The notes beneath the pieces were generated by a model. That model made no database searches. It was not told where the DNA came from and saw nothing but the letters and a program-made list of their open reading frames with translations. Below are positions 1 through 13,514 of a DNA stretch of 64,000 nucleotides, in pieces. Origin of the DNA: Octopus vulgaris (lineage: Eukaryota). The position numbers and the translations under genes are program-made. The stretch is from the NCBI GenBank assembly GCA_951406725.2, contig OX597816.1, positions 15,252,001-15,316,000 of the forward strand. Reading direction: 5' to 3'. Numbering within the stretch: the first letter of the stretch is position 1; each line of letters begins with the position of its first letter.

Positions 1-544
1 ACATACACGCCCCTACACATATATAAAAATATCACCATCATCATCACCTTCATTTTTCTATATAGACAAACCTATATATATACATATTAATACACACACA
101 CACACACACACACATTTATATGTGTGTGTGTATGTGTACATGCATGCATGCACTGATGTTAAAGTGGATCCAATGAAATTAAAAACAAACTGTGGGAGTC
201 TGCATTGAAATTAGTGTGCATTCATTAACTTTGTATGTTTAGGATTAAATGGATTAAAGCTTTAATACTCTTAAAGTATGTTTTATGCTTAAAAATAATC
301 ATTTTAGTCTATATGATTAAAATGTCAATTTAGTCTCTAGTCCCTACTTTCCTCTTAGCTTCCATCCGTCTCTTCTTTTCTTCATCGCTTTCTTCTTATG
401 AAAATGTGCATGTGTGTGTATGCATGTGTGCGTATGCCTTATCTGTATATATGTGTGGTGCATAGTGTGTGTATACAATAGGTGTGTGTGTGTGTGTGTT
501 GTGTGAGAGAGTGTGAGAGAATATATAGGCATGCATGAAACTAT

Positions 545-601
545 ATACATACATACATACATAGATACATAGATACATACATACATACATACATACATAC
601 A

Positions 602-635
<34 letters not shown>

Positions 636-700
636 CATGCATGCATACATAGATACGTACATACACATATTCATATATATATATATATATATATGTTTAT
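545..700. repeat. (CATA)n / (TA)n microsatellites
   Basis: Direct reading. Confidence 0.95.
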
Positions 701-885
701 ATATGTATATGCACACGCATATTTATATGTGTATGTTTGTGTGTGTGTGCATAGTGTCTGTAAACAATATATGTAAATATATTTTATTAGCAGCTCTAAA
801 ATCAATACTTATGCAATATTGCCCCATCCACTCATAGAATATTTATAATTGTTCGTAAATACATACATACATGCATATGTATATA

Positions 886-2168
886 CAGGGTGCAGTGAAT
901 AAATTGTCGTCTAAATTACATGAAAATGAAAGTAACACTTACATCTCATTTTAACAAATATGTTTACCAAAATTACATAAAAATATCTTGAAATACTAAA
1001 GAGTAAGTTTAATCAATAAAATCATATTTTGCTTCAACCACGGCCTCCAGACGACTTCGAAATCTCCTGTGACTCTTCTGGACATGCTCCTTGTTTAAGT
1101 CGACGAATGCTGCTATAATCCTTGCCTTCAGTTCATCTTTGGTGTTTCAAGGAATTTTGTTGGTCGCTCACTCAACTGAACCGCCACACGTAATAACCAA
1201 GGGGATTGCAGTCTGGGGATAGTTAGGTGGCCAGATTTTAGGGGTGATGTGGTCACAGAAATTGTCTGACAGCCATGATTGGGTTTTCCTGCTTGTGTGG
1301 CATGATGCAGTGTCCTGTTGCCAGACATAGGGTCTTTCAGCAGCCACCCTCTTGACCCAGAGCAGCACTACTTTCTCCAGGCACTTGATGTAGGCCTCCG
1401 TATTGAGTCTGAGGCCATATGAAAAGATTACTGGCGGCATAATGTCACCATCACAAGTGATCACTCGAAACACTACGATGTTGACTGGATGCTTGAATTT
1501 TACCACTCTCGGTAGATCTTTTGGGGACACAGTTGGTCTGAGTATTCACTATTTGATCCTGGCTGAAAATTTTCTCATCTGAAAAAAGCAAAAAACAAAG
1601 TGTGTTCAGTTGGAAGGGATGATTGAGTTTATTCAACAGCTTCATAGCATGGTCTTTCCTCTTGTCCTTGATAGCTTCAGATAAAAATTTGCCCTTTCCC
1701 ATCTTGTATGAGGAATACTGAATGTCTTCGTGTACTACCTGCCTGATAAGAAACTGAGTCTCTCCCATGTCCCTGACACTGGAGGGATCGTTGTCAATCA
1801 TGGGCTGGATCTCACCAATAAATTCAGGTGTTCTTTTCTCATCAGAATGATCAGAGTGAATTTTCTGAGCAGCCGTACCTTTGTAATCACCATTAGACTC
1901 ATCCAATTCTTTCTGAATCATCTGCACTGTCCTCAGATTGATATCCAAACACTCTGAAATGTTCGTATTAGTGCTTCTGGCTCGAATGCCAAGCAGTACA
2001 GTATGTCGTTTCCAAATTTCTGGCAGAGTGAATTGCATCATGGGGCTATTTTTCTCACAGATGGTGCCCAACTGACCCTACTATATTGTGTAGTCGACAA
2101 AATCAAAAAGAATGTGCATCGTTGAAATTAAAAATGTATAATATCAACAATTTAACCATCACACCCTG
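886..2168 (-). mobile_element. Full-length decayed Tc1/mariner element, DD37D (maT) type
   Basis: Imperfect 24-bp TIRs (CAGGGTGCAGTGAATAAATTGTCG vs reverse complement CAGGGTGTGATGGTTAAATTGTTG), TA on both sides (884-885, 2169-2170), length 1283 bp, transposase motifs inside. Confidence 0.93.
1009..2041 (-). pseudogene. Frameshifted DD37D transposase
   Basis: ORF pieces 1451-2071 (HTH region, LFSDEKIF) and 1168-1530 (KHP..VVF, VWQQD). Removing a 2-bp insertion gives WPPNSPDCNPL(G)YYVW, with 37 residues between the second D and the third D position (now G). Confidence 0.9.
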
Positions 2169-2238
2169 TATATATATGATAATGATGATGATGATGATGA
2201 TGATGATGATATATATATATATATATATATATATCGTC

Positions 2239-2510
2239 TTCATCATCATCATCATCATCGCTTAATGTCCGTTTTCCATGTTGGCATGGGTTGGACAGTT
2301 GACTGAGGTCTGGAAAGCCAGCAGCTGCATCAGGCTCCAATATGATCTGGCAATGTTTCTACAGCTGGATGCCCTTCTTAATGCCAACCATTCTGAGAGT
2401 ATAGTGAGTGCTTTTTATGTGCCACTGGCACAGGAGCCAGTGAGGCAGGCCTGGCATCGATCACATTATGATAGTGCTTTTTAGGGACCACCAGCACGGG
2501 AGCCAGTCTT
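2239..2510 (-). mobile_element. SINE family C fragment with (GAT)n tail and AGGAAGGGCATCCAGCTG core
   Basis: Homologous to 21486-22082, 25013-25385, 53140-53552, 56824-57160. Confidence 0.85.
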
Positions 2511-2583
2511 TTATATTTCCCTAGTGTTGGCCAGAGGTTGAGGCCATGCTGGAGCACTGTCTTTTGGTGCTTTTGGTCTCTTT

Positions 2584-2800
2584 TCAGTATTGCTTTTGAT
2601 GAAAATGTGAGTTAGATGGAGCTGCTCTTCTTTGTGCCTCCTGCCATGATGTGGACTCATCTTGGATTTCAAACAGAAATTTGTCTAGGTGCTTTTTGAA
2701 TGTTTCCACCTCTACACCTTGCAGATCTCTTAGGTTCCTTGGCAGGATGTTAAACAGTTGTGGTCCATTGAAACCCGTGCTGTTGTAATACTGGCTCCCA
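2584..2800 (-). mobile_element. CR1-group LINE ORF2 C-terminal remnant
   Basis: GPQLFNILPRNLR...FKKHLDKFL..IQDE...RAAPSNS, typical of the end of CR1-like ORF2. Confidence 0.75.
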
Positions 2801-3294
2801 TACATACAGCCTTTCATGCATCCACACATACATACAAGCATACATATTTGTTTATTATCTTTGATTGATTGAAAGTTACCAAAAGTGACTCAGAGGATGA
2901 GTGTTTCATGTATGCCACTTACAAGAATGACATCAAATCAGAGATCTTATTTTATTTTATCTATGTTCTGTATTGAAATTTTGATGAAGGGTCCTTAAGC
3001 ACACTTTCACCAACCCACAAATACAGAATGGTGACTGGAGCATATTTTCTAAATGATGCAAGAGCAAATAAATGGTGTCAAGCCAGGCCAACAGAAAGTT
3101 TCCTCCGCTTGGTGACAAAACATGTATTTATGTATAAATACACATTCATGGAGATATGCACACATGCACAGGCATACATGCACAGACACACACGCAAGCA
3201 GAAATATGATCAAATAGCTTAATGAAGCATCTTGCATGTGTATATGCGTATATATCTACTGTGACAGAGCAGCTTTAGATTTAGAAATGAAGCA

Positions 3295-3860
3295 ACATAT
3301 ATACATACATACATACATACATACATACATACATACATACATACATACATACATACATACATACATACACACATACATGCACACAGACACATACATACAC
3401 ACAGACACCTACATGCATACATATACACATACATACACACATGCACACAGACACATACATACACAGACAACTACACACTCACACACATACACCTACATGC
3501 ATACATATACACATACATACACATATGCACACAGACACATACATACACACAGACACCTACATGCATACATATACACATACATACCCACATGCACACATAC
3601 ATACACAGACAACTACACACTCACACACATACACCTACATGCATACATATACACATACATACACATATGCACACAGACACATACATACACACAAACACCT
3701 ACATGCATACATACACACATACTTACACACATGCACACAAACACATACACACACACAAACACACCTATATACATACATACACACATACTTACACACATGC
3801 ACACAAACACATACACACACACAAACACACCTATATACATACATACACACATACATAAAT
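3295..3860. repeat. (CATA)n followed by a CA-rich higher-order repeat (about 7 units of 64-84 bp)
   Basis: Recurring CATGCACACAGACACATACATACAC...CACCTACATGCATAC units. Confidence 0.85.
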
Positions 3861-4677
3861 GGATACATTCATGCAAACATACAAACATACATACGTGCAA
3901 TGCTGCATACATACATGCAATACATGTATTAGAAAGATGTTGATGATGATAATGATGATGATGATGACAACGACGACGACGACGGCAATGATGATGATGA
4001 TGATAGTGTTGACACAAACACACACACGCATAAGCAAATACACACTCATATATGTATATATGTATGTTTATACATGTGTGCATGTGTATGTATGTATGTG
4101 TTTATACACACACACACACACACACACACAAAGGGCTATACATAGAAGGGGAGGGAAAACTCCGAGCAGAAATGATGTAAATCATGAACTTCAAAAGAAT
4201 ACACACACTCACACACACACACACGCACACCATTGCACATACACACTCACACACACATACACACACACTCACACACACACACACCATCGCACACACACAC
4301 ACCCGTTGCCTTTTGATATTAAATGTTGTTCTTTCTTTACACTATAAAATTAATTACTTTGTAGTCCTGTTTGTCTCCTTTGTTTTGTTTTATTATTATA
4401 TTTTTTCCATGTTTTGAAAATCTTATTAAATACATCTAATACCTTTTTGTCGAGAAAAACAAAATACCATCGTATTAAGATAACAGAGAATTGTTTGCAT
4501 CAGTGCATACTTTAAATGTAGTTTCTTCATTTTGTAATTAATTATATTGTGAAATTATATTAAATACTATAAACGCTGATGGTACCACTGGAAACAGAGT
4601 TCAAATTACATCATTGGTCCTGCTTTAATTTTCTGTCTTGGATTAGCGTCTGTAATATTTAATACCAATTCTGTGAT

Positions 4678-5170
4678 TAAGGCGGTGGACTGGCAGATCA
4701 TTAAATGCATGCTGGATAAAATGCTTAGCAGTATTTCATTTGTCTAAACATTTTGAGTTCAAATACCATTGAGGTTGACTTTGCTTTTCATCTTTTTGCA
4801 GTTGATGAAATAAGTACCAGTTGAGCACTGGGTTCAATGTAATAAATATAATCTCCTCCCCCAAATTGCTGGCCTTGTGCTAAAATTTGAAACGAAAGCA
4901 TGTTACTTCCACTAAAAGAAAGTAATTATTAAAGTCTACCCTGTCTAGAAAATTCTTAAAAATTCCAATTCTTTGAGTAAGGTGGTGAGCTGACAGAATT
5001 ATTACCATGCTTAGCAGTATTTCTTCTGACTTTACATTTTGAGTTCAAATACTGCCTGGGTTGATTTTGCTTTCTTCAGTTCTGAGTTGATACCAATAAG
5101 TACCAGCTGAGCACTGGGGTTATAGTAATTGACTCCCCCCACCTGGAAATATACCAGCATTTGAAACTAA
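4678..5170 (+). mobile_element. Two old SINE family A copies (4678-4892, 4979-5170)
   Basis: AAGGCGGYGAGCTGGCAGAA head, GAGTTCAAAT B box, GTCGACTTTGCCTTTCATCC core. Confidence 0.8.
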
Positions 5171-6079
5171 TATCAATTCAGTGAAAATGCATGCATTAAG
5201 TCTCCAATTACTCAAAATTAAAATAAACCAATGAGGAAAACTCTACAGTATACTCGATAACTGAGCCAATTCCCTCTCAGTTCATGTCCTACAATCTTAT
5301 AAAAGAAATGATATAGCAGAGAAAGTAATCCTAGATATGTTTAAAAGTGGGATGGCCATAGTTAGAATGCCTTCGATCATATTTTTATTTGATCATGGCT
5401 AAACATCAGCAAAACTAAACCAGAGTAATATAATAGGTGTATCATACAAAAAATTGTATTTTATTTTTTGATTTTGATTTCAATTATATCTTCATCTACT
5501 TGGTGTTTAAGAGGAGTTCTGAGTAAATAGTGTAGTAGCCAACTAGTCAACTATTTCTAATTATGCCATTAACACTCTGGTGTGTCCATTAATAAGAAAG
5601 TTCATTCTTAAATAGCCTGAGTCTATTTCATAGTAAGAGACAAATCAGTGTAAAAAAAAAATAAAATTAATTGTCCACCATAAGCAGTGGCCCCACTGTA
5701 AAGTAGACAAATGTTTGAGTAACTTGTAGATTAAGTCCTATAATGAGAAAGCTTCTACGGGTCACTCTAACTTGTTAAAAATAACAGCTAAATCTCTCCC
5801 AAATTATATGTACTGTTTTGCTCTTTTAATATTTAAACTGACAGAATTTCAACAGTGTTTCATGGTCTGCTACCACAACAGCTTCTTTATAGGATCCAGT
5901 TAGCTCAAGACATCATCAGGAGGAACCATGTCTGGTTTCGGCCCCTACTACTCTACTGTTTTGACGTGGCCCCCCCATTTTCAGCAGTGTCTTCAGCTCT
6001 GGTGTTGGGTGCATGTCTTCTTTCTTCTTTCTTCTGTTCCCTGGCCTCTTCAATGTAGTGTCAACGAGTGTCAGTAGGC

Positions 6080-6289
6080 AGCTGACAATATCTGGTTGAA
6101 ATATCCTACCTGTTTTACATTCAAACTGACCAGTTCTGGCTTCTCACACTTACCATAAAATGTCAATTTAAAAATAAACGATTACATCATCAAAATCTTG
6201 AAGCTTTGAGGTAACGCATGATCAATTCAAAACAGTGTGAATAAATAAACAAGACCTTTGATAGAGAAATCTGAATGTTAAAGGGTTAA
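6080..6289 (-). mobile_element. TTAA-ended (piggyBac-like) MITE family 1, partial
   Basis: Ends AAAGGGTTAA; reverse-complement homolog of 30550-30600 plus 31408-31586. Confidence 0.65.
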
Positions 6290-6589
6290 ATGAAGGAAGT
6301 TGCAGAATGTAATATTTGATGTATAAAAAGAGTGGGATATTCAGAACTGGAAAATTTCCAACCACAGGAAAGAAACAACAGCGACAATAACAACAACAAT
6401 GAGAACAATGACAACAACACTTGTTGATGTGGCTTAAATATTGATGGCTCCCATCAAGCTGACTTGCCTTGCCCTTAATATAATCTGGTGAACAGATAAT
6501 CACCAACAACTTGAAGGCTTTTAGGCTGTACTATAGGAACACTTAAAGAATATGGGATCAAGATAATCCTATTATATCTGATAATCTGA

Positions 6590-6775
6590 ATGTCAAAGTG
6601 ATGGCAGTGTTTTGCTTTCTTGGAAGTATTATTGCAAATTCAAGTGATGACAGCCAGGAGATAAAAGGAATTGACTTAGCAAATTCTGTTGTTATTTCTT
6701 CGAACCACATTTAGAAAAATACTCCTATAAATAGAATGACCAGGTTTAAATTTCTGCAGACTTTGACATTTTATA
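6590..6775 (+). mobile_element. RTE-type LINE reverse-transcriptase remnant
   Basis: Translates VKVMAVFCFLGSII...DSQEIK(G)IDLANS, resembling the RTE F.YLGS.I...D...EI.RRI..A motif. Confidence 0.65.
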
Positions 6776-6829
6776 CAATAATGAGGTCAGTCTGTTTATT
6801 TAGACTCTCTTTTACCCTTTTTGCATCTT

Positions 6830-7232
6830 TTATCTGTTTCAGTCATTAGACTGTGGCCATGCTGGAACACCGCCTTGGAGGGTTTTAGTCAAGCGAATTG
6901 ATCCTTGGACTTAATATGTTTTTTAAAACCTAGTTCATATTCTATCAGTCTCTTATGCTGAACTTCTAAGTTATGATGTAAACAAACCAACACAGGTTTT
7001 CAAGTTATAGAGGGAGACAAACACAAAATGTTAACACACAACAAACACACACACACATGCACGCACACACATACACACAATGGGCTTCTTTAAGTTTCTT
7101 TCTACCAAATCCATTCACAAGGATTTGGACAGCCTAGAGCTATAGTACGAGGTATTTGCCCCAGGTGCCATGCCATAGGACTGAACCCAGAACCATGTGA
7201 TTGAGAAGTAAACTTCTTATTACACAGCTATG
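6830..7232 (-). mobile_element. SINE family B (tRNA-derived, ACTGAAACAAGTAAAAGA tail), diverged
   Basis: Homology to 25547-25965 and 50562-50969. Confidence 0.8.
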
Positions 7233-7259
7233 TGAATCATTCTATATAGACTACACCAA

Positions 7260-7291
<32 letters not shown>

Positions 7292-7573
7292 ATCAAGGTG
7301 TAGAAATGGTGTATTCTGAATGAACAAGGCAATGTAATCTGATAGCAGAAAGAAATCTATAAATTATGTACTCCAAAGTCAGTTAGAAGGCCAAGGTTCT
7401 GTGTGAGCATGCAGTAAATAGTAAATCCTCCAAAACGAAGAACAAACACAAAAAAAAAAAACGATATGTAAAACCTCCTTTCTTTCCTTCCCTGAGTGTC
7501 TGCTAATACTTTACATGTACCAAGTCCTTGCATTGTTATTTTTTTGTGTTTGTTCTTGTTTTTTTTTTATTTA

Positions 7574-7611
<38 letters not shown>

Positions 7612-7692
7612 ATACACATAAATGCTGAATGATGAAAATGAGAGCTCAATGCTGCATTGCTGGATATAATTTCTTTATTTGTGAATGATGGG

Positions 7693-7780
7693 TACCATTG
7701 CTTCTATGTTAAGAAAAGTAGGAAAAATTGTGAAGACATTAGGATATTTTTCTACTTTCCTTAACATGAAACCAATGGTA
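7693..7780 (+). ncRNA. Pre-miRNA-like hairpin (candidate)
   Basis: About 35-bp imperfect stem TACCATTG..ATGTTAAG.AAAGTAGGAAAAAT / ATTTTTCTACTTT.CTTAACAT..CAATGGTA; loop begins TGTG. Confidence 0.35.
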
Positions 7781-7940
7781 GTCTTAATCTCCACCCACAT
7801 ATATATGTATATATCATCACCATCATCATTTAATGTCCATTGTCCATGCTGGCATGGGTTGAACTAGATGTAGTATATATATATATATATATATTTGTAT
7901 ATATATATATACATACTATCCAAGTCTTTATGTATAGACT

Positions 7941-8447
7941 ATTTAGCATGAAAATTGTGAAAATAGAAATGCATAAATTTCCCATATGGTTCACAATTTA
8001 GTCATGCTCAACAGCTGTTTCTGTTAGAAAGACACCACAAAATTTGTAATTACATAATAGTGATTCATAATTATTTTAAATTAAATTAAATTAAATTAAA
8101 TTAAATTAATCTAAAAACAGCTTTTACTTAAATCACCAGGAATGTTGAGTTATGTTAATCACAAAACTGCTACTGTCTATTCTGTGTTCTTCTTGTTGCT
8201 GTCCGTGGTCTTCACTTTGTTTCAAAGTAGAAATGGTTTTCCACCTGATATTCCACAACATTCCTGATGATGGTGAACCCGTTTTTTTTTATTTAATTAG
8301 ATTTAAGTTAATTTACATAAACTAATAATGCATTACAATTATCTAGGTATACATTTGTTGGTGCTTACCTTATCGAAACAGCTGTTGAGCATAACTAATG
8401 CATGAACTATATGTGAAGTTTAGGCCTTTCTGCTTTTCTACTAAATA
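7941..8447. repeat. Diverged ~200-bp inverted repeat (7941-8147 / 8256-8447) of a PLE-type HHR-bearing terminus
   Basis: ATGCTCAACAGCTGTTTC / GAAACAGCTGTTGAGCAT and CAGGAATGTTG / CAACATTCCTG match in inverted orientation. Confidence 0.8.
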
Positions 8448-8859
8448 TATTTCTTTTAAAGATCATTTTAGCTAATTGCATAAATAGATACAAGTCAGTC
8501 CCACCTGGACTTGTTGCCATGCCATTACTTGTCAGCATTTAATGACTTGTTATTAACTAGGTGATTAATTACTGTGCATTTTTCTTTGATGTTTAGGCAC
8601 CAATTCTCTCTCACTCTCACTCTCTCTATATATATATCATATATTATATATTATATAGACTATCCCAAGCTTTTTATACATCCAACATTAATTGTGCACA
8701 GCATCTTCTTCCCTTTTTTAACCCTTTGAATGTGTGAGTTTGTCATAGCAAGGGAGATTTTGTTTGGCTGTTCCTCTAGAAGATGCAAAAGTGGGCGGCC
8801 ACATGTTTTTTTTTGTGTTTATAGTTTGCTAATTGGCAGAAACATCATTATTTTCAACC

Positions 8860-9032
8860 AGCAGTGGTGATGATGGTGGGGTGGGGGGTGGGAGTGGTAA
8901 TAATGAAGACGATGAGGAGGAGGAAGAAAAGGAGTGTGGTAGTGGTGGTGGTAATCATCATCATCATCATGAGGTGGAGAGTTGTGACGGCAGTGATAAT
9001 AACGGTGACTATGATGATAATTGTGATTAAGG

Positions 9033-9081
<49 letters not shown>

Positions 9082-9130
9082 GATGATGATGATGAGCATC
9101 ATCATCATCATCATCATCATCATCATTATC
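8860..9130. repeat. (GGT)/(GAT)n/(CAT)n compound trinucleotide repeat
   Basis: Direct reading. Confidence 0.9.
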
Positions 9131-9475
9131 TTAATCACATCTATCATTTTATACTGTCCTGCTAATTTGTACCATTCTTTCACAACACCAAACTTTGAAA
9201 GCTCTCTCTTCCTTTTTCTCTATCTTTTTCTTTTGTTTCTCTCACGTTTTTTTAAAGAGTCTGGCATTTAAATCCATGCCTTGTTACTATTGGAAACTTC
9301 AAAGCATTTCGCAATTTCAATTTGTTCATTCTTTTCATTGATAGACTTATTTTTTCTAAATGAGATTTGAAGAAATAGATTTTCTCTTAATGCAATTCTT
9401 CTGTTTATCTCACTGCTGTCAACACACTGGATTTTAATAATAATGTCAAGAAAGTAAATTAAAATTAATGTTAAT

Positions 9476-10107
9476 ATTCTTTTCTACTCTATGCACAAAG
9501 CTCGACATTTTTGGGGGAGGAGGCAGTCGATTAGATTGATCCCAGTATGCAACTGGTACTTAATTTATCGACCCCAAAAGGATAAAAGGCAAAGTTGACT
9601 TTGGTGGATTTTGAACTCAGAACATAGCGACGGACGAAATACTGCTATGCATTTTACCCGGTGTGCTAACGTTTCTGCTAACTTGCCGTCTTAGAATTAA
9701 TTTTAATATCAAGCAAGCTAAAGGCAGTGAGATGGTGGAATCTTCAACATGTCAGACAAAATTCTTATCAGCATTTTGTCTGTCTTTATGTTCGGAGTTC
9801 AAATTTCACCAAGGTTGACTTTGCTTTTTATCCTTTTGCAGGGTCTATAAAATAAGAACCATCTGAGCACTGAAGTTGATTTAATCAATTTACAAAAATT
9901 GCTGGCCTTGTGTCAAAATTTGAAACCAATATTAAACCAAGCTTCAAATTCCACTGAGGTTGACTTTGCCTGTCATTGTTTCGGGGCTGAAAAAACAAGT
10001 ACCAGTTGAGTACTGGGGTTGATGTAATTAACTTAATCGCTACTCTGAAATTGCTGGCCTTGTGCCAAAATATGAAACCAATATTTAACCAAGCTAAGGT
10101 GGTGAGC
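9476..10107. mobile_element. Cluster of SINE A copies (9476-9692 minus; 9720-9932 plus; 9941-10088 plus; head stub 10096-10107)
   Basis: Family A motifs. Confidence 0.8.
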
Positions 10108-10515
10108 TGCAACACTTGCCCCTTCATCACCAACACCACTGCTGTCACTGGCTCCAACCGTCGAACTGTACGTATTAGGCACTCCTTTACGTGCACCTCG
10201 TCTGGCCTCATTTACTGCATTAAATGCAACCTATGCGGGATGCTGTATGTAGGACAGACGGGACGCCGGTTGTCCGACCGATTCACAGAACATTTGAGGG
10301 ACGTTCGCCTACACTCTTTTTCTCCCGTCGCACGCCACTTCCGCTCGGCCAGCCATTCCCTAGATGACATCTCAGTGTTTGGTCTCGCCCCCCACAATGG
10401 TCGTCCACTTTCTAGGTTCCACTTGGAGCAACGCTACATCTTCACCCTACAAACTACTACCCCACACGGACTTAACACAGCCCCTCCTCCTAAGGTTTTT
10501 TTTTTTTCCGGATAA
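10108..10515 (+). CDS. PLE GIY-YIG endonuclease domain (C-terminal ORF fragment)
   Basis: CNTCPFI...FTCTSSGLIYCIKCNLCGMLYVGQTGRRLSDRFTEH...PVARHF...H...LEQRYIFTLQT..PHGLN. The N-terminal part of the ORF-track ORF (10006-10107) is SINE A sequence. Confidence 0.9.
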   Translation, partial: CNTCPFITNTTAVTGSNRRTVRIRHSFTCTSSGLIYCIKCNLCGMLYVGQTGRRLSDRFTEHLRDVRLHSFSPVARHFRSASHSLDDISVFGLAPHNGRPLSRFHLEQRYIFTLQTTTPHGLNTAPPPKVFFFSG

Positions 10516-10519
10516 ACAC

Positions 10520-10755
10520 CCCCCACACACACACACCTACCTACATCCCACACGCCTGTTCACACACACACATAGGGATACACATCTACGTACACACATT
10601 CACACATTTAATCACACATACTTATAGACATACATGCACACACTAACATACAAACCAACATGCACATACATACACACATACATACACACACACATACACA
10701 CTTACACACACACACACAGACATACATACATACATACATACACACATACATACGC

Positions 10756-10790
<35 letters not shown>

Positions 10791-13340
10791 TCGCACAAAC
10801 ATACTTCACACACCTATACTTACATACACACACATGCACACATACATGTACGCACACACACATACCCACACATGCACACCTTTACACGAATGCACACACA
10901 CATACACCTATTTGCACCCAGGCAAACCCCACCTCTTTTCTGCTTTCTGGTTTTGGTTGATGGATGCTCGGTTCCCGTGGAGCGGGTTGTTCGGGGGCCC
11001 CCGTGTGCGCACGCCTTGGCGCGTGCTGGGGGTTGGTCGGCCCCATGGGCTTGCGTTGTATTGTTTGTGTGTTGTGTGTGTGTGAGCGTGCTTCGTGTGT
11101 GTGGGCGTGCTTCGGGTGTGTGCGTGCGTATGTATACATACATACCCACACACACGCATGCATCCCTACCCACATACATACACGCACACCTACTCACACA
11201 CACACTTACACACACACATACACACACACACACATACCCGCACACACACACACATACATACATACACACACATACCTACTTCAGACATACACATACACCC
11301 ATACACTCACACTCACACGCATACACACACACACACATACACACGCACATGCACACATACACACACACACCTACATACATACATTACACTTGTACACACA
11401 CCTACACAGCCATACCTTCACTCATACATACACACATACCTACACACACACACAAACACTCACAGACACACACCCATACATACATACACCTATACACACA
11501 CACCTACACACATACATACACACATACATAAACACACACACATACACACACACATACATACGCACACGCACATATACTTACACACATGCACACACACACA
11601 CATACATGCATACATACACCCACACACATACACATACACATACTTACATACTCCTATACGCACATACATACACACAGACATACACACATACACACTCACA
11701 CATACATACACACACACATACTTACACACACACTCGCCTTCACGCGCACACACATGCATGACTAACACCCATACACTCACACTCACATACACCCACACCA
11801 ACATATACACGCACACGCACACATACACGCACACACACACCTACACTCCCACACACATACATACGCACCTACATACACACACACACGCATACACACGCAC
11901 ACACACGCATACATACATATATTACACACGTACACACACACCTACATACACATGCATACATACACACACACACACAAACACACACGGACACACCCATACA
12001 TACATACATACATACACCTATACACACACGCCCATACACCTACATACACACACATGCATACACACACACACACGGACACACCCATACATACTTACATACA
12101 TACACCTATACACACACGCCTACACACCTACATACACACCTACATACACACACACACATGTACGCACATACACACACATATACGCACATACATATATACC
12201 TACACACATGCACACACACACACACACATACGCACATGCATACGCATATGCATACGCATATGCATACGCATACATGCATACATGCATACACACACACACA
12301 CGCGCGTACACATACATACACACACATACATACACACATACACATACATGCATCCTACACACACAGACATACACACTCACACATACATACACACACACAC
12401 ACTCACTCACACACCTGCATGTACGCGCATACACATGCACCTACACACACTTCCACACACACACACGTACATACATACACACTCATACACATACACACAC
12501 ACACACACGGACATACATTTATATACACACATATACACACACATACTTACATACATTCATCGGACACACTGACACCCAGACTTACACACAGACACACTCA
12601 CACATCCACACACATACATACTTACGCACACACTCGCAGACGCGTGCACATACACGCTTGTGCACGTTCGCGCACGCATACACGCATGCATGCACCACAC
12701 TCGTGGTTTGACCGACTAGATCTCCTGTACGTATCTGGGGCCAGCGCGTGTCTTTGGGTTCTCCCACGCCTGTCGCCGCGGGACCACTCTTCCATCTTCC
12801 CCTCCCCCCCCCTCCGCTGCTGTTTTTTTTCCTTAACCCCCCCCTCGTTGTACACACACGCACACACATACACACACCCACTCACACACACACATTTGCA
12901 TATATATATACATTACACTTACACACACTTCAAATTTACTTGCCATACACACAACTACACACACTGGACACACTACCACTCTACACACACACTGGCACGT
13001 TACATACGCCCCCACCCTTTCCCTCCTTCCCTTCTTCCCTCCTTCCTCCCTTTTTTTACCACTGACCACTCACTCGAGACTTGCTATGTCATCTGTTCGC
13101 CCTGCACACACTAACATATACATATTTTTTGTTTTTTTCTCGCCTCACACACACATACACACACGCACACACTCACACATACATACACACGCACACACAC
13201 ATACCTCCCTGTTTCTGATCTGCCTTTCTGACTTGCTAGGGTACCCCCACACACTCCTTTAATTCTACTACTGCCTACTACTAGCCACTGTCCACCATAC
13301 ACACACATACACACACATGCACACACTCACACACACACCT
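10520..13340. repeat. ~2.8-kb cryptic (CA)/(CATA)-rich satellite with GC-rich islands at about 10920-11130 and 12640-12850
   Basis: Direct reading. Confidence 0.9.
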
Positions 13341-13514
13341 TCGTTTTCTCGCACACCTTTTTTACCATTCCCTCTTTGATTCAGCTCTCCTGTTTTTAAA
13401 AAACATTTTCCTCCTTTTTTACCACTTCCGTCTTTTCAGTATGTGACCTCGTGAAGACTACTTGCAATTTTTTTTTCCTCTGTCCTCCCGTCTAGGGATC
13501 TTTCTTTCTCCTAT

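Noticed and set aside
5855-6070. GC-richer segment as a possible exon
   Set aside because: Stops in the plausible frames and no recognisable motif or clear splice sites; probably an old TE fragment
10006-10107. N-terminus of the 169-aa ORF as a real protein start
   Set aside because: Derived from SINE A fragments fused by chance in frame to the truncated PLE
11095-12711. 538-aa His/Thr-rich ORF and similar HT/YI/VC ORFs throughout
   Set aside because: Translations of (CA)/(CATA)/(TA) repeats that lack stop codons; no domain content
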